Below are positions 7,763 through 16,740 of a stretch of 46,000 nt of DNA, in pieces. The translations under genes and the position numbers were made by a program. Numbering within the stretch: position 1 is the stretch's first letter; each line of letters opens with the position of its first letter. The notes under the pieces were generated by a model. It searched no databases. It was not told the origin of the DNA and saw nothing but the letters and a program-made list of their open reading frames with translations. Origin of the DNA: Thermoplasmatota archaeon (lineage in GTDB: Archaea; Thermoplasmatota; E2; JACPAO01; JAHFTW01); the NCBI GenBank assembly GCA_041623215.1, contig JBFJXH010000001.1, positions 1 through 46,000 of the forward strand, written 5' to 3'.

Positions 7763-9256
7763 CTATTCGTTCAGGATGCGCTGGAGCACAATCCTCATGC
7801 CTGCGCCCGTCGGCCCGTTGCCAAAGTAATCCATCTTCTTGGTCCATGCCTTGGATGCAATGTCCAGGTGGGCAAATGGAATGTCGCCCGCGAAGTGACC
7901 GACAAAGGAGCCACCGATAGCGGTCCCGGCCTTGTTGCTGAGGCTGATGTTTTGCAGGTCTGCGTAGGTGCCTTTGTTGGCCTTGTCAAACTCTTCGCCT
8001 TGGGGAAGGCGCCACGCCTTGTCACCGGCCGCGTGGCTGGCGTCGATGAAGGACTGGGCCAGTTCGTCGTCCTTCGACATGACGGCGACATAGGTGGACC
8101 CGACGGCGAAGTCGCAGGCGCCAGTCAACGTTGCCATGTCGCACATCCAGGCCGGCTTGTACGTGGTGCCGTAGTGAATGGCATCAGCAAGAATCAGTCG
8201 CCCCTCGGCATCCGTGTTGAGCACTTCTACTGTGGTGCCCTTCTTCGTAGTGATGATGTCGCCGGGTCGCTGGGCGCGGCCGCCCGGCATGTTCTCAGCC
8301 GCAGGTACAATTCCTACAACGCGGTGCTTGACGCCCAAGTCTTTCAGGGTGGTCATGAGGGCTACGACGTTGCAACCGCCGCATTTGTCGTACTTCATTT
8401 CCCACATGAGGTTGCCCGGCTTGATGCTGATGCCGCCGGAATCGAAGGTGACCGCTTTGCCCACGATCACAATCGTCTTGGTGCTCTTGGCCCCAGAACC
8501 GGGGTAGTCCATGACGATGAGCTGCTCTTCGTTGTCAGAGCCTTGGCCGACGCCGCACAAGCCGCCGTAGCCTTCCTTTCGGAGCGCTGCGCGTCCCTTG
8601 ACCGTGACCTTGAAGCCGTGCTTGCGGCCGCGCTTTCGCGCTTCACTGGCAAGCCACTTAGGCGTACACACATTGGCTGGCGTGTTGGCAAGGAGCCGCG
8701 CGTCGTTGGTTGCATGGCCGATGGTGCTGGCGGCCTTCACAGCCGAGCGGATGCTGGCTGGTTTGTCGTGCACCAGTTGCAGCTTGCTGAAGGTGACTCC
8801 CTTGTCGTCGTCGCCATCTCCTTTGCCGTGCCATTGGTCGAAGCGCAACTGGCCGATGATGGCGCCTTCGACCAGGGCTTTTGTTGCCTGGGCTTCCGTG
8901 AGGCCGTCCGCATGGCTCGCATCGGTCACGAGGCTTGTCGCCGCTTCGCCGAAGCCGATGCCCTTGATGTGATCCAGAGCGTGGTTGACGTAGGTGCCAA
9001 GCTTCTCCATGGTGAGCTTGCTGGGGTCGCCAAGGCCCACAAGGCACAGGCCCGTGGTGCCGGTGGGAATGCTGATGCATTGACCTGGGCCTAGGCTGGT
9101 GTCCTTGTTGCCAATGAGCCACGTAGCATGCTCGTGGTCCGCCAAGCCGAAGCTGCCCAGACCCGGTGCAGCGCGGTCACCATCAGCATCTGTGGTAACA
9201 CCAACAATGGCGAATTCGGCCTTGGCCTGCTTGGGTGTGACGGCGGTGAACTGCAC
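7763..9256 (-). CDS. pepA: leucyl aminopeptidase (M17)
   Basis: GTG start. Motifs VGKAVTFDSGGISIKP and NTDAEGRLILADA. Confidence 0.9.
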   Translation of the reverse strand: MQFTAVTPKQAKAEFAIVGVTTDADGDRAAPGLGSFGLADHEHATWLIGNKDTSLGPGQCISIPTGTTGLCLVGLGDPSKLTMEKLGTYVNHALDHIKGIGFGEAATSLVTDASHADGLTEAQATKALVEGAIIGQLRFDQWHGKGDGDDDKGVTFSKLQLVHDKPASIRSAVKAASTIGHATNDARLLANTPANVCTPKWLASEARKRGRKHGFKVTVKGRAALRKEGYGGLCGVGQGSDNEEQLIVMDYPGSGAKSTKTIVIVGKAVTFDSGGISIKPGNLMWEMKYDKCGGCNVVALMTTLKDLGVKHRVVGIVPAAENMPGGRAQRPGDIITTKKGTTVEVLNTDAEGRLILADAIHYGTTYKPAWMCDMATLTGACDFAVGSTYVAVMSKDDELAQSFIDASHAAGDKAWRLPQGEEFDKANKGTYADLQNISLSNKAGTAIGGSFVGHFAGDIPFAHLDIASKAWTKKMDYFGNGPTGAGMRIVLQRILNE

Positions 9257-9279
9257 GAGCCGGCGAGCAGGAAGTGGCG

Positions 9280-9285
9280 TTAAAG
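9280..9285 (-). promoter_or_regulatory. TATA-like box (CTTTAA on minus strand) 24-29 nt upstream of the pepA GTG
   Basis: Lone AT hexamer in the spacer, at the recurrent spacing. Confidence 0.35.
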
Positions 9286-9307
9286 GGCAGCGGCTTAGTC
9301 AGCAGGC

Positions 9308-9550
9308 GTGGACGTTGATCGCCTGCTAGAGGCAGCTGTCGCGGCGGCAGGGCGCGGGGCCCCAATCGATCTTGCGCCCGGCTTTCAAGGCACCGTCCCA
9401 GGTCCTGGTACGTATCACTTGTTGGACCGCATGGCGCGCCGCAATGTCGTGATTGTCTCCTGGCGTCGGGACGAAGATGGGACCACCGGCACGTGGGCGC
9501 TTACGTTCGACCTGGAGGGTCGCCTGATGGCTTGGACCACGGCACGCTAG
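9308..9550 (+). CDS. hypothetical small protein (80 aa)
   Basis: GTG-initiated ORF that fills the gap between pepA and the regulator gene. Third codon positions are mostly G/C. No recognisable motif. Confidence 0.35.
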   Translation: MDVDRLLEAAVAAAGRGAPIDLAPGFQGTVPGPGTYHLLDRMARRNVVIVSWRRDEDGTTGTWALTFDLEGRLMAWTTAR

Positions 9551-9588
9551 CGCTCCACGACGCGCAGGGTTCAGTTGTTGGATGGGCC

Positions 9589-11241
9589 TTACATCGCGAG
9601 GCCGAAGCGGCCCGCTTGTTCGGCAGGAAGCTTGCTCCAGCCTTCGCCGGCGAAGTAGCGCGTGTAGTGGCCGTCGCGCTCCTTGTCCACGAGGCCAGCG
9701 TCCATCAAGCGGCGGATGTGCCACGTGACAGTGCTTGGGGCGATTTCGAAGGCCTCGGCCAAGTCGCATTGGGGCACGCCGGGGTTGTGCAGAATGGCGG
9801 CACCGATGGCGGCCGTCGTTTCGTTGCGGAGCGCGGAAACGACCGTCTTGCGGCCATTGGCGTAGAGGCCACTCTTGCGGTCGAAGAAGCGCAGGTAGCG
9901 GCCGTCGCGTTGGCTGATGACAAGGTCGTTCTTCTCAAGGACGCGCAGGTGGTAGTTGAGGGTCGATCCGCTGCAGCCAGCCAACTCTGCGAGGTCGGTG
10001 ATGCTGAGGCCGGGGTTTTCCTGGATGGCGTCGTACACGGCTCGTCGGCCCTTGTGCTCAAGGACCGCTTCGCCATGGACGCGGGCATAGCCCGCCACGA
10101 GGCCCGCGCCGCCAAGGCCAGCGACGATAGACTTGGCTTGGCCTGCCAGCCAGATGCCGGCCGCAATCATGACTGCGCCCAAGCCCACGACGGTAGCAAC
10201 GGTTGCCCAATCGTACTCAGCAGCGACGCTGCCATATTCGACGTAGGTCCAATCGCCGTCGCCGGCCACCATTGTCCGGGTGTATCCGTCATGGAGGCGG
10301 CTGGGGTCGAGGGTGTAGGCGCCACTGACGATGATGTCCTGGCCCGCGAAGACGTGTTCAATGCCTTCCTCGTCCAGGGTCAGGCGACCGGTGGCATCGG
10401 GCAGCGTCGTGGTGCCGACAACCGCCACCGAAGAGTCGCGGACGTGCGTAGTGGCATCTGCGCCATCGTGGACGGCGTGGAAGCGGCCTTCGTGCAGGTC
10501 CAATTGGACGTATTCTTGGATGAATTCCGTGTGGCTTCCGCCGCCGGTCCAGGAATCCGTGAGAGGGTTGTAGATTTGGCCCGGTCGGGTTTCTTCGCGC
10601 TTGGTGGCGACGAAGGTTTCCTGGATGTCCGGTGATGCGACGGTCACGGTGGTGCCATGGAGGTAGAGGTCGAAGGGACCAGAGGCAGTCACGGCGCCTT
10701 GGGCGCTGCGGGCCATGTATTGGCCGGCCGTGATGTCGTATTGGAAGGGAATGGGTCGCTGGTCGAGCGTCGCGTACACGGTGACGGTGTAGGCAATGTC
10801 ACTGGCAACGGAGCGCGTTGCCGCCAGAGCGCCCATAAGGGATTCCCGGTTGCTCGTTGCTTCCAAGTCGGCGTTGTACAGGAGTGCCTGGTAGTCGTCG
10901 GTGCGTTCCGTCCAGCTTAGAGTGGCGTCGGAGATGGCAATGGCTTGGCGGTCCATGCGCTCGTAGGTGGTGACCTTGGCGCTTGGGTCGCCCGGGAGCA
11001 CGTAGCCGAAGCTGCGGATTTGGACGCGGTGAAGCGTTCCACTGGCGGCCGTAACAATGCCTTGTGCGTAACCCTCATCCCCTGTTACCAGGTAGCTGCC
11101 GTGGCCGGTGAGGTCGGCGCGGCCGTCCACCTTCCAGGGAAGTCCAGTCTCGGCTTCCATCGTGCCCGTAGAGGCAGCGGCGGGGCCGGCGGCCAGCAAG
11201 AGGCCCGAGACCAGAATAAGAGTGTAGAGACCTACCCTCAT
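9589..11241 (-). CDS. membrane-tethered transcriptional regulator: extracellular domain + TM segment + two ArsR/MarR-like winged-helix domains
   Basis: Signal peptide MRVGLYTLILVSGLLLAAGPAAAS, then about 340 aa, then a hydrophobic block (WATVATVVGLGAVMIAAGIWLAG...GLGGAGLVAGY). Two wHTH units follow (LSITDLAELAGCSGSTLNYHLRVLEKNDLV; VPQCDLAEAFEIAPSTVTWHIRRLMDAGLV). I prefer ATG 11241 over listed GTG 11253 because an AT box lies 20-32 nt upstream of 11241. Confidence 0.8.
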   Translation of the reverse strand: MRVGLYTLILVSGLLLAAGPAAASTGTMEAETGLPWKVDGRADLTGHGSYLVTGDEGYAQGIVTAASGTLHRVQIRSFGYVLPGDPSAKVTTYERMDRQAIAISDATLSWTERTDDYQALLYNADLEATSNRESLMGALAATRSVASDIAYTVTVYATLDQRPIPFQYDITAGQYMARSAQGAVTASGPFDLYLHGTTVTVASPDIQETFVATKREETRPGQIYNPLTDSWTGGGSHTEFIQEYVQLDLHEGRFHAVHDGADATTHVRDSSVAVVGTTTLPDATGRLTLDEEGIEHVFAGQDIIVSGAYTLDPSRLHDGYTRTMVAGDGDWTYVEYGSVAAEYDWATVATVVGLGAVMIAAGIWLAGQAKSIVAGLGGAGLVAGYARVHGEAVLEHKGRRAVYDAIQENPGLSITDLAELAGCSGSTLNYHLRVLEKNDLVISQRDGRYLRFFDRKSGLYANGRKTVVSALRNETTAAIGAAILHNPGVPQCDLAEAFEIAPSTVTWHIRRLMDAGLVDKERDGHYTRYFAGEGWSKLPAEQAGRFGLAM

Positions 11242-11324
11242 CAAGGGTCCCACCCAGGTCCAAAGTATTTGAGTCGTGTGGTGCCAATAGCGAAGTGCAA
11301 CAGAAGGAAACGCCTCCGGGGGCT

Positions 11325-12002
11325 CTAATCGACCTGCAAAGCCACTTGCGCACCCCGGACCGCTTGCACAGCCGCAGCGGGATTATCGTGGCCGTACACG
11401 AAGGATCCGGCGACCGCCACGGTGGCGCCCGCCTTGTCGCAAAGACGCGCGGTCTCGGCGTTGACGCCGCCATCCACCTGAATCTCCAAGGGGGCCTCCC
11501 GCGTCTCGTCGGCTTGGGCCCAACGGGCGATGCGTTCAATCTTGGGTAGCACGGACGGAAGGAAGGATTGGCCGCCGAAGCCGGGGTTCACGGTCATGCA
11601 AAGCACGAGGTCCAACTCCCCGAGGATGTCGCGAACCATTTCCGCTGGCGTATGGGGGTTGAGCGCCACGCCGGCCTTGCAGCCGGCAGCGTGAATTTCT
11701 TGCACGGTCCGGTGCAGGTGCGCAGACGCCTCGGCGTGCACCGTGATGGAGTCGGCGCCGGCGGCGGCAAACTGTTCGATGTAGCGCTCCGGTTCCACGA
11801 TCATCAGGTGGCAGTCAAAGGGGAGCTTGGAGTGGCGGCGCAGGTCCTTGACCACGGGCGGGCCAATGGTGATGTTGGGCACAAAGCGCCCATCCATCAC
11901 ATCGACGTGAATCCAATCGGCGCCAGCCTCCTCGGCGAGGCGAACGCCAGCTCCCAGTTCCGCAAAGTCGGCGGACAGGATGGATGGGGCCACTTTCATC
12001 AT
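11325..12002 (-). CDS. rpe: ribulose-phosphate 3-epimerase
   Basis: MKVAPSILSADFAELG, HVDVMDGRFVPN, MTVNPGFGGQSF. Confidence 0.92.
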   Translation of the reverse strand: MMKVAPSILSADFAELGAGVRLAEEAGADWIHVDVMDGRFVPNITIGPPVVKDLRRHSKLPFDCHLMIVEPERYIEQFAAAGADSITVHAEASAHLHRTVQEIHAAGCKAGVALNPHTPAEMVRDILGELDLVLCMTVNPGFGGQSFLPSVLPKIERIARWAQADETREAPLEIQVDGGVNAETARLCDKAGATVAVAGSFVYGHDNPAAAVQAVRGAQVALQVD

Positions 12003-12062
12003 GGCGCTGCGACCCCGGGGGCCTTCATGAGGGCACCGCCATGGGCGGCCGGCTCGCGGCCC

Positions 12063-12428
12063 TTATTCTTCTTCGGTCGTCGCATCCGGGCCGGCCTGCA
12101 GAAGCGGTTGCACAACTCGCGGGTTGGGCGCCGCAGGGCCCGGCCGTGAAATCCCCATGCGGCGGAAATGCCGCGGCGGGCCAGGTCGAATCCAGTGGCG
12201 CGTTGCCCCGTGTCTGCCGTCGCCTTGGTCCGGCAAGACCACGTCTTGGGGTTGGATGTAGCCATGGCGCCAAAGATCGTCAACGGCGTCCACAAAGGGC
12301 TCGGCTTGGCCACCAAACCGGGTCCACAAGAAGCTCGGGTCGTAGGTGTCGTCCGGCCGCCGGGCGGCCATGAGGCCGAGCATGATGCGGGCCTCCTCGG
12401 GGACGTCAACCATGCGCCCTGACTGCAT
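12063..12428 (-). CDS. hypothetical protein
   Basis: This is the only one of several overlapping ORFs here that fits between rpe and the upstream gene and shows G/C-rich third positions. The true start may be the second ATG (12413, MVDVPEE). Confidence 0.45.
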   Translation of the reverse strand: MQSGRMVDVPEEARIMLGLMAARRPDDTYDPSFLWTRFGGQAEPFVDAVDDLWRHGYIQPQDVVLPDQGDGRHGATRHWIRPGPPRHFRRMGISRPGPAAPNPRVVQPLLQAGPDATTEEE

Positions 12429-12476
12429 GAGGGGGAGAAAAGGGGAGAGGTTGAACCGACCAGCCGCGCAGCTTGC

Positions 12477-13982
12477 TTAGCAGGCGCGTGCCGTGTGTTC
12501 GTGGTCGCAAGCGTCGTCGTCCACGGGCTCGCCCTCGTAGGTCCACGTGGGCTTGAGCGAGTAGAGGCCAGTCGTCATGTCGGGGATGAACAGGGTGGCA
12601 CCGTCGGCGGACCATTGCGCCGTCCATACGTTGGGCACGTCGGCGGAAACCAAGGCACCGATGGGTGCTGTGGCGGCGGGGCTCCAAGCGGGGCCAACCG
12701 GGCGTTGGTGCGGCTGGTAGTACGCCAACGTGACGGGCTCGGCCATGCGCGCGGGAGTGGAAATGTCGAAGACCCACACGCCGGCATGGTAGTGGCCGAC
12801 CGCAACTTGGCCACCGCAGTTACCATCCACATTGTGGAGGCTGAAGCGATAGTTGTTCTGGCCGGTCAGGGAATCAAAGTCGGGGATGCGCCATTCGCCG
12901 AGCACCACGGGATTGGTGGGGTCCGTGGTGTCCACCACGGCGACCGGTTCTGGCAAGCCACTGCCCTTTTCGCCGGCACCAATGGTGATGTGGCGGCCTG
13001 CGATAAGGCAAGGCATGGGTGTTTGTTCGTGCCACATCGGCGGGCCGTCATCCACGCTGCCGATGAGTTCCGGGTTCATGGGGTCGTCCACGTTCCAGAT
13101 GCTCATGTGGCCACCTTGCCCCGTGTAAAGGAGCCATTCGCCGGTCAATGGGTGCTTCTGGACCGCAATGTCGTGGACGCCTTCAATGACCTCCGAGGCC
13201 AAGTCGAAGGCACCAGATTCAGGGTCGAAGCGCGCGATGTTGGCGACGGCGTTGGCGACGTAGTAGAAGCCATCATCGTGCTGCCAGGCGTACACGTTGT
13301 GCGTGAAGCCCATGGGCAGGTAGGCGCGGAACACCGGCTGGGTAGGGTCCGTGATGTCGTACGCAGCAATACCGCCGGGGCAGGTGGCAATGGGCACGCA
13401 GGGGCGCGGGTCAACCACGGCGGGCGGGCCTTCGCCGCCAGCTTCGATCCGGGTGCAGTCGAAGGTTTGGCTGCCCTGGCAGCCAACGAAAAGGAAGCGA
13501 CCGTCCTCGCTGATGCGAGCGTCCCAGTTGTCGTCCAGGTTGTAGATGTGGCTCAAAATCTGGATATTGGCCGGGTCGCTGACGTTGAGGAGCGTGGCGG
13601 CGCGGGCGCCCGTCAGGCTGCTCACCACGGCCAGGTCGCCGCGGACGTGTAACTCGGTGAATCCGGCGCTTGGGACCATCAGGCCTTCGGAGAGGTCGTT
13701 GTAGTCCAGCAGCTCAAGGTTGTGGGCGCCTTCATGCAAGTCCGCCACTTGGTGGCCAAAGTGGCCGACGGTTCCTGTTGCGTGGTCATTGGCGATGGTG
13801 CCAAGGAAGAGCGATTGGTCTGGGGCTACGGGGATTCGCGGAGCCGCGTCCCCCGAGTAGTCCTCTTGCAGGTCGGCGTCAGGTTCGTCGTCGCTGAGGC
13901 AGCCGGCTAGGCCAACGCCTAGCAGCACGGCAGTCAACAGAATGAATCTTGCATCCATGAAACGCCGTCGAGCCGGGCCCAT
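12477..13982 (-). CDS. surface lipoprotein, LVIVD-repeat-like beta-propeller (paralog of 38864..40486)
   Basis: Lipobox-like GLAGC. Repeated ...(V/I)xDxxDPxxP... strands (LLNVSDPANIQIL, AYDITDPTQPVF, IWNVDDPMNPELI, VAVVDTTDPTNPVVL) and HYHAGVWVFDIS. Confidence 0.75.
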   Translation of the reverse strand: MGPARRRFMDARFILLTAVLLGVGLAGCLSDDEPDADLQEDYSGDAAPRIPVAPDQSLFLGTIANDHATGTVGHFGHQVADLHEGAHNLELLDYNDLSEGLMVPSAGFTELHVRGDLAVVSSLTGARAATLLNVSDPANIQILSHIYNLDDNWDARISEDGRFLFVGCQGSQTFDCTRIEAGGEGPPAVVDPRPCVPIATCPGGIAAYDITDPTQPVFRAYLPMGFTHNVYAWQHDDGFYYVANAVANIARFDPESGAFDLASEVIEGVHDIAVQKHPLTGEWLLYTGQGGHMSIWNVDDPMNPELIGSVDDGPPMWHEQTPMPCLIAGRHITIGAGEKGSGLPEPVAVVDTTDPTNPVVLGEWRIPDFDSLTGQNNYRFSLHNVDGNCGGQVAVGHYHAGVWVFDISTPARMAEPVTLAYYQPHQRPVGPAWSPAATAPIGALVSADVPNVWTAQWSADGATLFIPDMTTGLYSLKPTWTYEGEPVDDDACDHEHTARAC

Positions 13983-14012
13983 GCTTGAACGTTGTGTCAG
14001 GCGCCTACCCCG

Positions 14013-14019
14013 TTAAGAA
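14013..14019. promoter_or_regulatory. AT box TTAAGAA inside inverted repeat CCCGTT-AAG-AACGGG, in the 58-nt divergent spacer
   Basis: 22-28 nt upstream of the tkt GTG (14041) and 31-37 nt upstream of the divergent gene start (13982). Confidence 0.35.
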
Positions 14020-14040
14020 CGGGCGCGGGGTCGCGGCAAC

Positions 14041-14991
14041 GTGGCTCACGACGCCTCCGACATCCGCCGCTTGTCCCTCCATGCCGCTCGCATCCGGAAG
14101 GATGTGGTTGACATGGTGACGAAGGCTCAATCGGGCCACATTGGGGGTTCGCTGTCGGCCGCCGACATGGTCACGGCCCTGTTCTTCCATCACATGCGCC
14201 ATGACCCCGAAAACCCCGGGTGGCGTGACCGAGACCGCTACGTCCAATCGAAGGGCCACGCCTGTCCGGTGCTGTACTCCGCCTTGGCGCAAGCCGGCTA
14301 CATGGAACACGAGGAGCTGTGGACCTTTCGCCACATGAACAGCCGCCTGCAAGGGCACCCTTGCAAGGCCAAGTTGCCCGCGCTCGAATTCACGACTGGC
14401 AGTCTCGGCCAAGGCTTGTCCGGTGCCCTCGGCATGGCCCTGGCGGCGCGGCTCGATGGCCGAGAGTACAATGTCTACTGCATGATGGGCGACGGTGAGC
14501 AACAGGAAGGCCAGATTTGGGAGGCCGTTACGGCCGCTGTCCACTACCAAGTGGACAACTTGGTCGGCATCCTCGACCGCAACGGCTTGCAAATCGACGG
14601 GGCCACGGAGGACATTATGGCGCTTCGCGATATTGGCGCCAAGTACGAGGCCTTCGGCTGGCACGTGATTTCTGTCGATGGCCATGATTTGGGCCAACTG
14701 CTGGATGCATTGGAGGCGGCGGACGAACGGCGTGGCAGCGGCGCGCCGACGCTCATTCTCATGCATACCGTCAAAGGCAAGGGCATCAGCTTCATGGAGG
14801 GAAGCATTAGCTTCCATGGGCGGCCTTGCAACGACGACGAATATGCCATTGCCACGGAAGAGCTGCGCCTCATGTACGAAAAGGCCGCCGAGGAATTGGG
14901 GGCACAGGGCGAAGAAGTTCCTCCCATGGGGGGTGGGGCCGTCCGGTCTCAGCAACGAAAACTCCCTGACCCAAAGGAGGTCGCAGCGTGA
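14041..14991 (+). CDS. tkt: transketolase, N-terminal (TPP-binding) subunit
   Basis: GHIGGSLSAADM and GDGEQQEGQIWEA. The split form is typical of archaea. Confidence 0.92.
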   Translation: MAHDASDIRRLSLHAARIRKDVVDMVTKAQSGHIGGSLSAADMVTALFFHHMRHDPENPGWRDRDRYVQSKGHACPVLYSALAQAGYMEHEELWTFRHMNSRLQGHPCKAKLPALEFTTGSLGQGLSGALGMALAARLDGREYNVYCMMGDGEQQEGQIWEAVTAAVHYQVDNLVGILDRNGLQIDGATEDIMALRDIGAKYEAFGWHVISVDGHDLGQLLDALEAADERRGSGAPTLILMHTVKGKGISFMEGSISFHGRPCNDDEYAIATEELRLMYEKAAEELGAQGEEVPPMGGGAVRSQQRKLPDPKEVAA

Positions 14992-15965
14992 AAGCAACCC
15001 TCTACGACGATTTCGTCCACAAAAAGTCGCTTCGCGACGCTGCCAGTCACGTGCTCATCGACATTGGCCGCCATGATGAGGATGTGGTGGTCCTAGACGC
15101 CGACCTCGCGCTGTCGACCAAGACCATTCGATTTGGTCAGCAATTCCCCGACCGCTTCTTTGACATGGGCATCAGCGAGCAGAACATGATGGGCGTGGCC
15201 GCCGGACTCGCAGCGGCCGGCAAGAAGGCGGTCGCGGCCACCTTTGCCGCCTTTGCCACGGGCCAGTGCTACAATGTCATCCGGCAATCCATCGCCTACG
15301 CACAGCACGACGTCACCATCTACGCCACCCATGCCGGCATATCGGTCGGTGGGGACGGCGCCACGCACCAGATGTTGGAAGACATTGGGTTGATGCGCAT
15401 GCTGCCCAATTTCTGGGTCTTTGCGCCAGCCGACGCCACCGAAATGGGCCCCGTCCTGAAGGCGGCCGTTGCCCGCGATGGCCCTGCCTACGTGCGCTGC
15501 GGCCGAAGCGATGAGCCGATTCTGTTCGAACGATACGATGAATTCGAGGTCGGCAAGGCGCTTACGTTGACCGATCCGGGTTCCGATGTCACGGTTCTCT
15601 CGACGGGAAGCATGACTCGGTTTGCCATTGAGGCAGTTGAGTCTCTACGCAAGGACGGCGTTGACGCTGGCCATTTGCATTTCCCCACCATCAAGCCCAT
15701 GGACCATGGCGCCTTGGAACAGGCTGCCCGTGCCTCCGGGTGCTTGGTAACGGCGGAGGAACACAATGTCATTGGCGGCTTCGGGTCGGCTTGCTTGGAG
15801 TCACTCGCCAAGACCTACCCGTGCTGGCTGCGTCGCGTCGGCACTCAGGACACCTTTGGCGAATCAGGCTCCGGCACGGCGCTCATGGAGAAGTACGGAT
15901 TGTCTGCTGCGGCCATTGAGCAAGCGGCGCGCGACGCGATGGCGCGCAAGGCAACGTCGTCCTAG
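14988..15965 (+). CDS. tkt: transketolase, C-terminal (pyrimidine-binding) subunit
   Basis: GTG start overlaps the upstream stop (GTGA). Motifs FFDMGISEQNMMGVAAGLA and THAGISVGGDGATHQ. Confidence 0.92.
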   Translation: MKATLYDDFVHKKSLRDAASHVLIDIGRHDEDVVVLDADLALSTKTIRFGQQFPDRFFDMGISEQNMMGVAAGLAAAGKKAVAATFAAFATGQCYNVIRQSIAYAQHDVTIYATHAGISVGGDGATHQMLEDIGLMRMLPNFWVFAPADATEMGPVLKAAVARDGPAYVRCGRSDEPILFERYDEFEVGKALTLTDPGSDVTVLSTGSMTRFAIEAVESLRKDGVDAGHLHFPTIKPMDHGALEQAARASGCLVTAEEHNVIGGFGSACLESLAKTYPCWLRRVGTQDTFGESGSGTALMEKYGLSAAAIEQAARDAMARKATSS

Positions 15966-16020
15966 GAGTGCGCGGAGGTGTGGGTGCGGCAAGGGTGCGG
16001 CCTGCTTGGATTGCCGTGCT

Positions 16021-16740
16021 TTACAGCGGCCACACTTGCACGAGGATGAACAAGCCAACTCCGGCGAGTGCACTGGCTGCGTAGGCCAGTTTGTTCCACC
16101 GCAGCACTTTGCGGCCATCCAGCGGACCCACGGGAATGAGATTAAAGACGCACAGCAGAGCATTGACGTAGGCAACCACCCCAAGGACTTCCTGCCAGGG
16201 AGCTAAGGTTGCCTGGACGAACGGGGGGAGCGCGTAGAACGGGAAGCATACGAGGGCGATGAGGAAATTGGTCCCTGGCCCAACCAAGCTGATGATGCCG
16301 TTCTCCTTCTGGGTGACGCGGCCGCTAATCATGACCGCGCCGGGAGCGGCAAACAGCAACTTGGCAAAGGCCGCAACGGCTAGGCTGATGGCAAGCCCAG
16401 GCAAGTGGGCCCGGAATTCGGCCCAGTGTCCGTAGCGCTGGGCGACAATCTTGTGGGCTAATTCATGCAGGACGAAGCCGCTTGCCACCGCGGCAAAAGA
16501 CGCCAGGATGCGCGGCAGAAGATCGAGGTCGGTGCCGGCGAGGCCAGGTAACACGAACGTGAAGGCGGCTGTGAGCATCAGAACCGATGCGGCCAGGTGC
16601 TGCAATTCCTTCGGGCTGTAGCGAATCCTAACGGGTCCGCTGTCAGCTACCGCGGCGCGCTGCCCCACGCCGTCGCCCCATCCTCCGCGGGTGCTGCCGG
16701 CGCCGGCAAACGGATTGTACGTTCGGCCCTTGACCGCCAT
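16021..16740 (-). CDS. M50-family (site-2 protease-like) intramembrane zinc metalloprotease, short form
   Basis: HELAHK zinc motif in a TM helix, NLIPVGPLDGRKV second motif, several TM segments. Confidence 0.8.
   Translation of the reverse strand: MAVKGRTYNPFAGAGSTRGGWGDGVGQRAAVADSGPVRIRYSPKELQHLAASVLMLTAAFTFVLPGLAGTDLDLLPRILASFAAVASGFVLHELAHKIVAQRYGHWAEFRAHLPGLAISLAVAAFAKLLFAAPGAVMISGRVTQKENGIISLVGPGTNFLIALVCFPFYALPPFVQATLAPWQEVLGVVAYVNALLCVFNLIPVGPLDGRKVLRWNKLAYAASALAGVGLFILVQVWPL

Noticed and set aside
7868-9094. 408-aa ORF on the plus strand
   Set aside because: It is antisense to the M17 aminopeptidase and has no motif support.
9493-10635. 380-aa ORF on the plus strand
   Set aside because: It is antisense to the membrane-tethered wHTH regulator and has Ala/Gly/Val/Arg-rich low-information composition.
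12495-13652. 385-aa ORF on the plus strand
   Set aside because: It is antisense to the LVIVD-like lipoprotein gene, which has a signal peptide, a lipobox and repeat structure.
14005-14997. 330-aa ORF on the minus strand
   Set aside because: It is fully antisense to the well-supported transketolase N-terminal subunit. Its composition is Arg/Ala/Gly/Val-rich with no motifs, as expected of a high-GC shadow ORF.
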